A stretch of DNA of 64,000 nt from Balanoglossus misakiensis (GCA_040954595.2 CM082589.2:8626232-8690231); one strand, 5' to 3'; positions 1 to 12,868 are shown, numbered from the stretch's first letter. The notes: generated by a model not told the origin, from the sequence alone. A program made the numbers and translations.

Positions 1-588
1 CGGTATTTTTTTTAGTCGATAAAGTGTCCCTGGCGGGAATAAACTCTGATTCAATACAACTCACCATGAATTTTGATCAAATTTTCTAAAAATTTAACTT
101 TCAAATGTTGTTACTCCTCAATGGAAGCAGATAACACAAAAAAATACCATTTTTTTGCACGTGTACTCTAGTTTCGAATGACATATTAAAATGCATGATG
201 CACGGTCAACTTTTTTACCTAATTTACATAATATCAAAAAATGTTTTTTTTTTAACCCAAAAACGCCACCATTTCCGGAGATCAATAATATATGCAACTC
301 AAACAAATGTTCAAAAACTCAGCTTCCAGAATATATATGGTTTATGGGGGTTTTAACTTTGTCTTTGACGAGAAATAGGCCTCTGAAAAAGTCTCGATGG
401 TTTCATGCAATGCTACCTTAAGTGATGCTAGCTGTTTTCAGCCAGTTTTGAAAAGCTTGAAGATTTGTCTCCAAATCAGCTTAGGTTTAAATTGAATGTA
501 ATAAAACACATGACATTACACTAAGTGTGCGCCCTTGGTTTGATAACATGTTCAAGGTATTTTCCACAAGTTTTCGAATTAATGTTAA

Positions 589-1185
589 AGGGGAAATCCG
601 CTGTAGCTGATTTCTACATAATTTGGTAGCTTTGATGTCTCTCTTTCAGAAAAAAACATATTCGCCATGTATAGGTCGCGCGATTTTTTACAAAATCTAG
701 GGAAAGTTGGCAGAATTTCCAATATGGCGTTTACTGTAATTTGAATCATGGGAAAAAAGCGCCAGGAGCAACTTCCGCCCACCATGGTGTGGGTGATATC
801 ATTCTCCGATTGGTGTCACTGGGCGACAGACTAGGCGTATTTTCATAGCTATTGTTTGTTCTTTGCATCAGTTGATAAACAATCATCAGCAAAGTCGAAA
901 ATGTGTCATCTATTGACAGTTTTCATGAGCTATAACCCATGAAAAATATGCAAATACGCTTAGCTTGTGACACAGTGACACCAATCGGAAAATGGTATCA
1001 CCCACTCCTGGCGCTTTTTTTCCCATGATTCAAATTACAGTAAACGCCATATTGGAAATTCTGCCAACTTTCCCTAGATTTTGTAAAAAATCGCGCGACC
1101 TATACATGGCGAATATGTTTTTTTCTGAAAGAGAGACATCAAAGCTACCAAATTATGTAGAAATCAGCTACAGCGGATTTCCCCT
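589..1185. mobile_element. Fold-back MITE, TTAA TSD, AGGGG termini (Kolobok-type)
   Basis: TTAA at 585-588 and 1186-1189; about 180-bp TIRs with no mismatch seen, imperfect pairing continues inward. Confidence 0.9.
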
Positions 1186-1308
1186 TTAAGAACAGAAAAT
1201 ATGGCGTTAAGAGGTCAAACAGTTTCTTTTCTGTGGAATCAACTTTTTTAGCTCCATGACAAGAAGAAACGTGCACTTAAACCACTTGGTTTCTTTCTAT
1301 CTGGCCAG

Positions 1309-1443
1309 GAACCATCAGCCATTGTGAAAGGAGATTACATGGAAATGGAGATGGATGAATTGAATCAACATGAATGCATGGCCACTGTGACAGCCCTGTT
1401 GAAACACATGGAAAGAAATAACATCATCCCTCAAGTGGAAAAG
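1309..1443 (+). CDS. PRKDC: DNA-PKcs exon (window exon 1) EPSAIV...MEMDELNQHECM...PQVEK
   Basis: cag acceptor, gtaaat donor, phase 0-0. Confidence 0.93.
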
Positions 1444-1791
1444 GTAAATTGTCACCTGTTGATTTTGACAGGCCAAAAATTTGTGCTGATTGAGGCCTTT
1501 CATACTTTGCTATAAAAGCCAGAAAGCCTGACCTTATAGTTGAAATGACTTGATCAAATGAAATCAAAATAGATATTGCCATAGAAAACATTTGCACAAC
1601 ACCAGGAATTTCAAGTTATTAATTAAATTTGATTGAAAAGAAACATATTTTGCAAGTAATTATTCTTGGACATGTTTACATTTAATAATAACAAAACTAT
1701 CCATATTGCATACTAACAATGTTCAAACCTGATTATGACCACCATATTTTGGATCACTTTGCCATTTTTTTTATGTTTAAAACACAAACAG

Positions 1792-1911
1792 GGGACAAAA
1801 CCTACAGAGATGCCAGGATGGATGTCATATTTGAATAAAAAGCTGATCAGCTCGTCTACACATATCAATGTCAAGTTATTCATTATCAAGCTGATTGTCA
1901 ATACAGCAGAG
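1792..1911 (+). CDS. PRKDC: DNA-PKcs exon 2 GTKPTEMPGWM...KLIVNTAE
   Basis: cag/gtaaaa, phase 0-0. Confidence 0.95.
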
Positions 1912-2084
1912 GTAAAAAAAATGGCAGAGTTTCAAGTTTGTTATTTGCACACAGAGATTAGATAGAAGACGAAGAGTAGCAGTGATGGGTATAATCATTT
2001 GAAAAGAATGAAATGGGAGAAAAAATTGAAAATGTGACACTTGAAAAAAAACACGGATGGGAGAAAAAAGTCATAATGTCTTAT

Positions 2085-2737
2085 TTTCATAAATTTGCAA
2101 AATCTTTGATGAACTGCTGGTCAGTTCTTTTAAATTTTGTATGCAGGTTCCTGGGGCTAACCTAAGAAAGGTTTGTCCAAACTGTGGTGAAATGTGTATT
2201 TTTGGGTCTTTGTGGTTTTTGGTTTACAATTTTTTTTCTAAAACTGCTTGTCTGAATTCTTTGACATTTGGTGTGCATGTTCCTAGGGGTGATCTAAGGA
2301 AAATTGGTTCAAAATCTGGGGTATCTTTTGAGCAATTTTTGCTGTTATTGTTACAAAAACCGTCTTCTCAGAGTCTGAAAATGCTTCTCTGTTCTTTGTA
2401 GTTTGGTATGCAGGTTCTTGGGGCTAACTTAAGTAAAGTTTGTGCAATTTGTGATGAAATTTGCATATTTGTATTTTGGGACAATGATGCTGTTTTTTGG
2501 TAAAAATTCTTCTGTGAATTGCTTGTTTGATCACCTTAAAATTTAGGGTGTGGGTACCTAGGGGTGATTCTACGTCAGATTGGTGCAAGTTGAGAAACAT
2601 TTTGCCCTACTTTTATATTTTAATATAAAGGGTATCTTGATTTTGCCCTTTTGCTCTGTTGTCAAGTTTTTCCTGTTCTCATGCGAAGTTGTTTATAAGT
2701 TTCACAGCAGTGTTGCATCAGCCACTAGATTGCTTGT
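2085..2737. repeat. Helentron-associated (HINE/DINE-like) element fragment with internal tandem units of roughly 130-140 bp
   Basis: Four diverged copies of ttt(g)gtatgcaggttcctggggctaa/ggtgat motif. Confidence 0.55.
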
Positions 2738-2926
2738 CTAGGATTCTGTTTTGAATATGGATTGATCCAGTTTGTTTGTTGTTGATGTATTTCACCTAGC
2801 CTGGACAGTGTCATTGATAATTACTTGTTATGTTTTAAACAATGTGATATATTCATTCTGTACCAAAGCAGAGAAAAAACACAATTGTAGGTGACAAGTA
2901 ACTTTGAAACCATCATCTATTTGTAG

Positions 2927-3070
2927 GTTTTCCGTCCCTATGCAAAGTTTTGGTTCACACCATTGATGCAATGGTTGATAAGTGATCAGACGTGTGGTCA
3001 TGGAATCCATTACATGATCAGAGATGTCATGGTGGTTATGCTGATGTGGGCGACTACAGCAACGCCTGAG
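2927..3070 (+). CDS. PRKDC: DNA-PKcs exon 3 VFRPYAKFW...GIHYM...ATPE
   Basis: tag/gtaaga, phase 0-0. Confidence 0.96.
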
Positions 3071-3081
3071 GTAAGAATTAA

Positions 3082-3295
3082 AGAGACAAATAGATGATTG
3101 TATGATGTGAGAGTAAAAATCTCACTGAAATGAATAAATGGTGGAGACCGGTTATTTCAAGTCTACAAGCGGGATGGAAGTTGTGTGTGGTTGAACGTTG
3201 ATTCGCAATATATCCACATGTACATTAACATAAACGGTGTCTTGTATCAAACATAATTAATGGAAAAAGGGCAGCGAGAGAGAGACTTTGTCCCT
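3082..3295. mobile_element. TTAA MITE family AGGGACAAAG, deleted copy
   Basis: ttaa-agagacaaa...actttgtccct-ttaa; homologous to 3754, 14927 and 25231 copies. Confidence 0.8.
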
Positions 3296-3753
3296 TTAAG
3301 AAATGCCCATGTTAATAAATGCATATATCTTACTATTTAGTGTTTCTGTGGATTATCAGATATTGCAAGTTAGAAAGTTTTCTCAACTTAAACTCTAAAT
3401 TGTAGATCAGCTTTGCTGTACTTTGGCAGATTTATTATAGTACTCATGAAGTAGAAAAAAGAGAACCATATTTAACTGAATAATTTATTGCAATCAAGGA
3501 CTTCGAAATTTCATAAAATAGTGAAATAGACATTCATCATTTCAGAAACTGTTTTGTTTTATACAGACAACCCATTCCATGCTGAAGGTTTCAATAATGT
3601 ATCTCATATGTCAAAATATCGAAATGTTCTGGAAAATTTGATGCAACATATAAATGTCTCACACAGTAGTAGAGGATCTAATAACATAGTTGTGCACATG
3701 TAACTTGTCTGGCTCATCAAAAAAAAAAAAACTGTACCCTAAGCATGTGTGTT

Positions 3754-4101
3754 AGGGACGAAGTCTCCTTCTCGCTGCCCCTTTTCCATTAATTATGTTT
3801 GATACTAGACACCGTTTATGTTATTCTACATGTGGATATATAGTCAATCAACGTTCGACCACACACACCTTCCATCACGTTTGTAGGATATGAGAGTGAA
3901 AAACCTCACCAAAATGTATAATTGGTCTTTACCATTTATTCATTTTGGCAAGATTTTTACTCTCATATAATACAAGCGGGATGGAAGTTGTGTGTGGGTG
4001 AATGCTCTTTCACTACATATACACATGTACATTAGCATAAACAGTGTCTTGTATCAAACATAATTAATGAAAAGGGTCAGCGAGAGAGAGACTTTGTCCC
4101 T
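3754..4101. mobile_element. TTAA MITE family AGGGACAAAG, near full-length palindromic copy
   Basis: Long imperfect TIRs, ends ...tttgtccct-ttaa. Confidence 0.85.
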
Positions 4102-4179
4102 TTAAATTGGGAGATTGCCATAATGCCAATTATATTATAAACTGATAATGCTTCAATCTGTATTTCTGGTGAACTGTAG

Positions 4180-4325
4180 GATGAAGAGAGAATTTTGGCC
4201 AGCAGAGTCATGGAATTTTTAATGCACAACACTCACCATTCAAACAGACAAGTTCTCAGAAATAACCTGGAATTGGTCAAGACTGTGGTGGAGCTTTGGA
4301 AAGATTGCATTCAAGTGCCTTCAAG
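4180..4325 (+). CDS. PRKDC: DNA-PKcs exon 4 DEERILASR...NNLELVKTVVELWKDC
   Basis: tag/gtatag, phase 0-2. Confidence 0.95.
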
Positions 4326-4364
4326 GTATAGGTTTTCTTAAAGTCATTTCAGTATTGTGGTCAT

Positions 4365-6822
4365 ACAATAGTACAGAGGGCAACAGTATATGTCTGAAAT
4401 CCGAGGGACTGTGTTCGGCCTCGTTAAACAGTCTGTTTTTGGGGGTGACCACAGTCTCGAGGGTGAAAGACGTATATGCTGTTGCCCGAAAAGCCAGTCA
4501 ACATGTGCTCTGATCCCGTAAGGTCCCAGTGTACTTTTTGTAACTAATGTGCTTGTAACACATCTCATCCGCAGCTACACATAAGAACTCATGATACACA
4601 AAGTGTATGTTGAAATATCTCGACTATCGTTTCCCTCGACCGCATACGACACTTTGTTTACTTTCCATTTCGCGCATGTGCAATATGTTGTTTTTGAAGT
4701 GAGCGGGAATCATTTTTTGGAACTGATGCCCGGCAGGCAACAGTTCCGACAACTGGTGACTGACTATGACGTTGTTTTGTATGGATCAGCCCAAAAAGAA
4801 CGCATACCAATTGACGAATGAGAACACCGACTGTGGATGAGGTGTGTTACAATCTAAATTATAACACACCATGCAGCGAACCCTCAATCGTGATTCGTCA
4901 GTTGCCGTCACGTGACATTAGTCATTTCGAACTGTTCCCTAGGGTATCAGTTTGATCAGTTTCTGCCCAGTACTGTTGATATAATTCCGTTTTCAAACCA
5001 AATGTTTCAAAAACTATCACCGCAATAGCAGCAGGACCTTCGGCCACCATAGGTAAATCCCCACGAAGGTAGTCTAGGCAACGAAGGCGTAACGCATACG
5101 ACACTACCGGACATTGTAGCAAAAATCTGACATTTGTAAACCTGTCTGCCGCTACGAGTGCCAGTACTATAGATGCTGTCAAAACTTTGCCACGATTCGT
5201 CGATGTTTCTGAAGAAGACCTTGCTAGTATTGTCTCCAAGAAAGATGCTAAAAGAACGAAGACAATTATGAAGGGAGCTGTCAGTATTTTGGAGAACTAT
5301 TGTGCTACTATTGGTACTACATTGGCCATCGTTGAACGAAATCGGATTGAACTGTGCTTGCTACTACGTACATTTTATGCCAGCGTTCGGCGCACAGATG
5401 GCCAGTTGTACGCCAAAAAATCCATGATGTCGATAAGATATGGTCTCCAGCGACATTTCCAGAAGGTATCGGATATCGACATAATTAATGATAACGAATT
5501 CAAGTCTGCAAACGAGATATTTTCGGCATTGATTGTGAAATTGAAGGCTGAAGGTAAAGCTGTCGTTCAACACAAGCAGCCAATCGCCCGGGAAGACATG
5601 GAGAAGATAATGTCGTCAATGGCACTCGATCAGACAACACCGCGGGGCCTACAGAACAAGGTATTTATTGACATCATGATCTACATGTGCAATCGTGGCC
5701 GTGAAAATCTCCGGGATATGGAGAAGACCCATTTCAGCGTACAGACAGATTCAAAAGGCCTGAAATACGTATCATTTTCGCGTGATATGCTCACCAAAAA
5801 TCATCGCGGCGTTGAAGACAGTGAAGCAAGTCAGCAAGGGAGAATGTACGAGACACAAGATAAGTCTACTTGTCTGGTGACTTCCTTTGAACTTTATTTG
5901 GAGCGACTGAACCCACAGTGTACATCATTTTGGCAGAAACCTAAAAGTGGTTTCAGATTGTTGGATCAGATGGGTCTACCGTGATTGGCTATGATAACGT
6001 TCCTGTCGGAAAAAAGAAATCTCAGGGTCAAGCTCAAAATAATATCAAAGGAAGCCAACTGTTCCAGGGTGTATACGAACCATTGTCTACGTGCTACAAC
6101 TGTAACAACGTTAGATTCAGAAGGGTTTGAAGCGAGACATATTATGAGTGTCAGCGGACATAAATCGGAGACAAGCATTAGAAGCTATAGCACAGTCGAT
6201 GAAGAAAAGAAGAGAGAAATAAGCAGAGTTTTGTCAACGCGAATGCAAGGTGATGCCTGTCCCTCTACTAGTTCTACAAATATGGAAATTCAGCCTTTGG
6301 AAACTCCAAGCTCTTCCATACTGCCAAGAAGATAGCATACTTCGTGAACTGACTATTAACTCACCAATTTTTCCACTCAATATCCTGTCTCAGCAACATG
6401 TGAAAAACAACCAAAGAAATGCAAATTATAAGTTTAAAGGATGTGTTGTAAATATCCACAATTATTGACACTGATAGCATGGTTACATGGAAATATCCAA
6501 AATTTTTCTGACTGTTGCAAATGTTGTTCTGTTAGAATTTTGAAAATGTTAAAAAAAATTGTTTGTTCAGAAGCAACATACGTTTGTCATGCATGTGTTT
6601 GGATGTGGTGTGTGTCGTGTTTGGTGTGTTATAAAACACATGATAACTGACATATTCGGGCAACAGTGTATTTTTGATGACCTCGGGACTGCCAGTCACA
6701 CCAAAACAGTCTGTTTTCTCTCGGCTATGCTCTCGTGAAAACAAGACTGTTTTAGTCGTGACTAGCAGCGCCCTTGGTCATCAAAATACACTGTTGCCCT
6801 CATTGTCAGTCATCATGTGTAT
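4365..6822 (+). mobile_element. Crypton (CryptonA/DUF3504-like) tyrosine-recombinase DNA transposon; boundaries approximate
   Basis: YR ORF plus terminal hairpins closed by GGGCAACAG/CTGTTGCCC at 4378-4487 and 6658-6799; no TSD seen. Confidence 0.82.
5187..6335 (+). pseudogene. Crypton tyrosine recombinase with two compensating frameshifts (about 5950 and 6015)
   Basis: FYASVRRTDG-Y, NRGRENLR, TKNHRG, YDNVPVG (shifted frame), YTNHCLRAT, SGHKS, IRSY. Confidence 0.88.
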
Positions 6823-7883
6823 ACTGTTCATCCCTTAGTATTATTCTGATATAGATATACCTAGAATTCATCAATTTGCCTGTGCAATGGACCCAGACCC
6901 ATGTTAACGTAGGTCGGGGGCGTTTGAATATTAAACAGCCACTTCGAACTACATCATGTACCTACACACATGAATGTGAACAGTTACAGCAACATGGCAT
7001 GGTGGGTTTTGAGCATATTAGTTGTGATGATAAAGGAAATATTGGTATTTTTAAAAAGCAAAATTCTAGGCATTGCAAAAAAGACACAGTGTACAACATC
7101 ATGCAGTAACAAGAGGTTCTGCTAGTATTAGCATTAGCCTGTAATTTGAACCAGACCTAGAATGACTTCCAAAATGAGCATTTTATCACAAAATTTTGGG
7201 GATTTACAGGAAATCAGGTGTGTGGACCCCCATTTAAAAAATGCAAGTTACAGAACCTTCCCTTTGGTTATATAGCACTTGTGGGTATTATGTGGTATGT
7301 TTGAACTATAATAATGATCTTTTTGAAAATAATTATTGTGATAAAATTGTGTTTTTAAGAACAAATTGTCATTTGATGGAGTGAGTCATGAAATTTTTCT
7401 GACATCATACATGACAAATGTATCAATATTAAAAGGTATAAAGAACATTTTTTATCAGGTTGACCTTGAATTTAGACAAATTAGTTGGATTTTAGAGGAA
7501 AACACCTAATTTAAGAAAAAGAATGTTTGTAAAATACAACACCATTTTCTGAATTTTTTTGCGATGGAACCCTAAACTTTTTTCTCTTTTTTTTCAAAGA
7601 AGGTCATTAGGCAAACTGAAAAAAAATTTGTTGCTACCTCGACATTAATTTGATTGGTAACATACCTCCTTAACTTGTGTCCTAAAATCCTCTGATACAG
7701 CAATTAAATTCCAGTAATTGTCATTAATGAGAAAACTAGCTAGAAAACCTGTGCAACTAAGGGGATATCTGTAAATCACCTCAAAACATTATTCGATAAT
7801 TATGTAATTATGTTTTTGAATGAAAGATGTATTAACAAATACTATAATTATGATAAAAAAATTGTTTGTTTTTATATTGTCAG

Positions 7884-8015
7884 GGTCATATTTAACCACT
7901 TTTCTGGTAAAGATGTCAAGAGTAAAGAGAATGCCACTGGATTACAATTACTTGGTGTCATTTTGGCCAATAAGCTGCCACCATACAGAGAATCTTGCGG
8001 TATTGACAAAAACAG
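7884..8015 (+). CDS. PRKDC: DNA-PKcs exon 5 VIFNHFSGKD...GLQLLGVILANKLPPY
   Basis: cag/gtgggt, phase 2-2. Confidence 0.95.
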
Positions 8016-8284
8016 GTGGGTTGTTGTGACAATTGTCGTAACAATAAGAGTCATTGAGTGATGAACTTTTAACCCCCTCTCTACAGTCTAACACATATAG
8101 AAGAGATTTTTGGCTTGTCATTGTATTCTGTGTTGATTAACTTCTGTTCGCCAATTGCCAATCATGCATACAATTTACTGGTCGGGGTGTTTGGCTTTGA
8201 GTTAGGAGGTGCAAGAGTGAATTTTTATTAATCTGATTTAGCATTCAAGTTGAACATATCTATGCATTTTGTAATATTTATTAG

Positions 8285-8393
8285 GTTCTACAGCACTCTC
8301 AGTACCAACTTGTCATACCAGTACAAAGATGTATATGCAGCTGCAGCTGAGGTTGTTGGCATGGTGATGAAGTACATGGCAGAGAAAGAAAAG
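8285..8393 (+). CDS. PRKDC: DNA-PKcs exon 6 FYSTL...YKDVYAAAAEVVG...EKEK
   Basis: tag/gttagt, phase 2-0. Confidence 0.95.
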
Positions 8394-8427
8394 GTTAGTC
8401 ATTTTGGTGCGAGTTTGCACTGACTGT

Positions 8428-8720
8428 GATTAGCTCCCTTGTCTGCAACTTGGGGCTGTCCAGATTGGTTGATTGTCCGTCCATCGTCTGTCGGTGCAGT
8501 TTGTCTGTCTATTCATCCATCCATCCATCCGTCCGTCCGTCCGTCCGTCAGTCCATCCGTCTGTTCGTCCATCCATCCATCCATCCATCCATCCATCCAT
8601 CCATCCATCCATCCATCCATCAACATTAACTTCTTGAAAACTGTGGGTCAAACAGCCTTAAAATTTGTCTCGAAAAATTTGAAAAAAATGAGCTCCCTTC
8701 CAAAACATGGCGTCATCTCA
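8428..8720. repeat. HINE-like element end with (TCCA/TCCG)n microsatellite
   Basis: ttagctccc...tetranucleotide array 8512-8620 followed by aacttcttgaaaact. Confidence 0.6.
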
Positions 8721-9517
8721 AAGCATGCAAAGCGAAAACGAGAGTACTGCTCGACTCGTCTGGGATGTTGTGCACATGATACAAGTTGCATTTAAAATTT
8801 ACCTTAATTTTTACAATAAAGTGTGGCTGTTGAATGTTGGTCCCAACTATAGCAATGATACAAAAGACAATGAAGTATTTCCTCTGTGACCTACTGGCCT
8901 CGTTCTTGTGTTGTCTTCGAAGGACCCTCTCTTTATAAACAAGGTGTATTGCTTTGAAATGTAGTATGAAGGTCTGTAGCATGATCTACAGTCAATGTGG
9001 ACGAAAATTGCGGGCTTTATTTCTGCAATGTTTTTGTGAAAAAACTTTCAATCCTGTAATCATTTTCTAAGAATCTATGTCCACAGCTGTTTACAGTTTT
9101 TGTGTAGAGGTCCCTAAGTCAGATTTCTTGAAATTGTCAAACATTGTAACATAGCGTTTTTATCGTCAAGTGTATCAAATGATTGTTTGTTCAAAACTAA
9201 ATCAGCTATGGAAGCTATGTGAGAAGTCAAAATTTGATAGTCTGTGCCCCATTCTACACCTGTGTATTTCCGACAGCGCTCTTAATCTGCTACGAAGCTG
9301 CGCTCTTGGTTTGCGGAAGAAACGACGCTATCAAGCTCGTCAAACCACAAGTTCACACTCAAAACTGTGATGAAACCAAACCAAACGTGTACCCCTTTCC
9401 ACATCATGTTTTGACAACAGATGACTTTGTAGTGATACGCATATGCCTATGCCTTTTTTTCTTGTGTTAAACATGGTTTCATGTTTTATCACCTCGTGTT
9501 GACTCTTTGTTGCCAAG

Positions 9518-9642
9518 GTAACGGAGGGGCCATTCCATGATGCAGTCCAGAAGGAGTTATCAGTGCTTCAACACTCAAGAGCAGAAGTCTTCATAACCAA
9601 CATCTTTAAAATACAATTACACCATGCACCATTTGCTGACAG
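9518..9642 (+). CDS. PRKDC: DNA-PKcs exon 7 VTEGPFHD...HAPFADR
   Basis: aag/gtaaga, phase 0-2. Confidence 0.88.
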
Positions 9643-10291
9643 GTAAGAAATAGTGTGGCTGTTTTTTTTAATTGTAGCACATGTTATTCTCATCCTTTTG
9701 TAAATGAGGACAGTTTATTATCATGATATGCTCTAGGGCTTTGAGAGGTTTTAGTTTGACTTGACACTTTGTATACCAGTAAGTTTCAGTATTTTCATCG
9801 GTGTATGTGATTTAACCACAAACATTGAACAAAAAGTAAATACATTGTGATAATCTTCTCAGGATTGCATCTTCACTGATGCATAACTGTAGTGAAACTC
9901 AACATGGCTAAAACTTCAATTCTGATCAAATATCGGCATGCAATAATAAGAGAACTATTGTCCCCTGTGCATGGTCCGTCTTGTACAAAAGCAGTCTTTA
10001 TTTGTGATGCAGAGAATTCTGCTGCTGTTCTTTCATTGGCTGCACCCGATAAAAGTACTGCTGCAGGACACATTTACTGCATCACTCGCAAAAATGACTT
10101 TTGCTCTGAGGAGCCATGAGGGTTTGGTATAATTAAATTTAGTATTTGGGCTATTTGCAGGGCATTCTGTTGTATAATTTGGCCAGTTCACTTTTTTCTT
10201 CGAATCTCAGTTTTATGGTAGTGCAGCAAATGATGTGAGTTTTGTATAAGATTCCAGTTCACCCCATTTCTGTTCAATTCTTGCTTCCCAG

Positions 10292-10441
10292 ATTTGTCAA
10301 CAAGTTGTTATTCATGCTACCGAAACTCCATGGACAACCCAAGACTCAGGCCTTAGATGTGATTCTCAGCCGAGCTGATCACATCGACAAACTTTTCCTG
10401 GAAATGAAGAACAAAGCAATAACAGAATTGCTCAGACACAG
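10292..10441 (+). CDS. PRKDC: DNA-PKcs exon 8 FVNKLLFMLPKLHG...LLRHR
   Basis: cag/gtaaaa, phase 2-2. Confidence 0.96.
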
Positions 10442-10631
10442 GTAAAATATATTCATTTCATGTAAATTCAGTTCTTTTCTAGTGGACGTCCAACACTCCT
10501 GCACTCAGCAGACATTTTTTGTATTTATAAACTGCATGTTCTCTTTGAGTATCAAAACAGAAGAAAAAGTTCCAATACTCGTCACTATCACCAGGATCAA
10601 CAAAGGAAGATCACAATATGATCAGTGCTTC

Positions 10632-12389
10632 CACAGGGGGCTGCAAACATGAAAGTTATAAATGGCGGAGTGTGTTCCCATGTGCATTTTCCGCAGTGTT
10701 TTTGCTAAGGTTGGGGAACATTGGTAATGGATTTGGGAATCCCGGTAACATTTCTACAGCTGCATGCTTAGCATGCAGCTGTTTTGTTCACGTTCGTTTC
10801 ACAAGTTGCTGTCTAAAATCAAAGTGGCAAACTTTCCATATAGGCCTACAAAAATTGTTCTCCGAAGGCACAGATATAGATAAGGGCGTCTGTTTCCGCA
10901 GAAATGGGCCTACAAACGCTCGTAGCACCATAACATCTCAGCCTCGGACCCCAGACAAACGTTATCGATTCTCTAACAACATGAACTGCGACGTTTTTCT
11001 AGGTCTTACAATTTCAATGACCAGTGGATGCTCAGGGCTCGAAATTAGCGGTAGTCCCGCGGCCACAGACTACCAACTTTTCCCTGGGGCTACCAAAATC
11101 TGCGTAATGGTAGCCCCCGCGGACTACCAAAACTTTGCGTGTGCGATCGACGCGATGTTGATCGCTTTGACCTGATCAAGGCTCACACGCGTACACGGCC
11201 CGATCAAACCAGCACTGTACAGCATTGTTATGCAAATTAAAATCCACAGTGCGTGCAGGAGAATGTTTGATACAAACTTTCAATAAAAGTATCAATATCT
11301 GAACCCTGCTGATCACTGTGGTCGTTGTCATGGCGAATGTAAAAATTTGCATATAACCTCTGCGTATTAATAGGTCATCAAACTTTTGGGTGTCGCCCTT
11401 GTCTGGACATGTACATGCTATTCTTATACAGGGTATGATCTGCATGCAGCCAGCCAGGTACTAGAAAAAAAATTCATGAGCACAAGTCAATCATGAAAAA
11501 AAAATATTTTTATTTTTTTCTTATGAGATTGATGAAAAAAATATCCTTCACAGAAAAAAAATATCACTCTTCATTGAAAAGGTGTGCGGGCTACCAGACC
11601 TTGTCACGGGGCTACCAACTTCAGAAAATGGTAGCCCAAGTGGACTACCAGTGAAAAAAGTTAATTTCGAGCCCTGATGCTCATCGAAACCATTCCCGCA
11701 GACTAACGATAAAATCAACAAATGTGCTGGCTCGCTTAGGACCGGTACACATCCACGATCATAACGTTGACTTTTCCAATCCACCTTTCTCGCATTGATT
11801 TTACCCACCGATGCACTTGTAATTTTGTTTTACAAGCAAGTTACAGCAACTGTGAAAATCAGTGAAAATAGTTCGGATTGATGACGTAGAACAGGGGTAT
11901 ATTCGGTAAATTTTAATTCGACCTGTTCTACCTCACACAGGTGGCTATACGGGCCAGTTCATGTGATAACTCTATAAATATTGTAAAATCTGAATGTGCC
12001 CCCGAACAAAAACAGACGCCGCGCCAGGCAACGCGTTCGTAATTCTTCCTGTCCGGTTTCCGTGCATTAAACTTATACATATTCAGTATTAAGCTCCCTG
12101 TTGATTTATGAATATATGAATATTAAGTGGTCACTGGGTTTACGGGCAACCTCTGGACATGCCTTGAGCGAGTTTCCTCCCTTCCTTTTCTTTTACCAAG
12201 TGAGAACTGACCGATGTTTACTTTATCCACCTAATCTGTGGATTGGGAACACAGATTAAGTTGTTAGCAGGTGCTTAATGGGAAATTCGATAGCTTTTAT
12301 TCTGGATTAGCTAATGATAAGACAGGTGGGGAAAATGCACATAGGAACGTACTCTGCCATTTATAACTTCATGTTTGCAGCCCCCTGTG
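10632..12389. mobile_element. Non-autonomous TIR element, P-element-like (CACAG termini, 7-bp TSD GTGCTTC)
   Basis: About 60-bp imperfect TIR cacagggggctgcaaacatgaa...; gtgcttc at 10625-10631 and 12390-12396. Confidence 0.8.
11033..11676. mobile_element. hAT-like MITE with 5-bp TSD (hAT5-type), nested in the P-like element
   Basis: Perfect 15-bp TIR CAGGGCTCGAAATTA; atgct on both sides; subterminal gg(a/g)ctacca repeats. Confidence 0.85.
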
Positions 12390-12694
12390 GTGCTTCATAC
12401 AAATCATTATTATGGACCAGTTTAGTTGTAGATATTTTCCCCATTTCTTTGTGATTATCCTATCTGTTTTTTGTGTTTGCTATGAAGAATTCTGTCTTCT
12501 ACAGACTTTATAATTCTGCAGTGACTGTGAACAAAGCCAAATGGGATAGATAATTATGTACTGTACATGTACCATTTTATGACAAAATTTTCGCCCATAA
12601 GGTTTATTAGTTTCCTCTGTTATGTGCATAGATGAGAAATCTTATATATTGCACAGTACTGAGGTTGCATGTCTTTTTTTTGACACTGATACAG

Positions 12695-12868
12695 AGATGA
12701 AGCCACCCAGCATGTGTCTCTGAGGATAGTTAATGAAATGTTGAAGAAGCTGAAAGAAGATGAGTTGTTATACTTGATGCCATCAGTGGTAGCTATCAGC
12801 AATAATCCAAGTGCTGTCTGCAGAGAAACCATGTATGACATCCTCATGTGGATTTATGATAATTACAA
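12695..12868 (+). CDS. PRKDC: DNA-PKcs exon 9 DEATQHV...CRETMYDILMWIYDNY
   Basis: cag/gtaagt, phase 2-2. Confidence 0.96.

Noticed and set aside
1-421. Right end of a TTAA element (...ctacc-ttaa)
   Set aside because: Partner terminus lies outside the window, so it cannot be verified
585-1189. Two mirrored ORFs with nearly identical 65-aa peptides
   Set aside because: They are the two TIR arms of one MITE read on opposite strands
5982-5984. TGA readthrough or selenocysteine joining the two same-frame Crypton ORFs
   Set aside because: The conserved YDNVPVG motif lies in another frame, so two compensating indels explain the stop
10618-11175. 185-aa ORF
   Set aside because: Crosses a TIR and a nested MITE boundary; no recognisable domain
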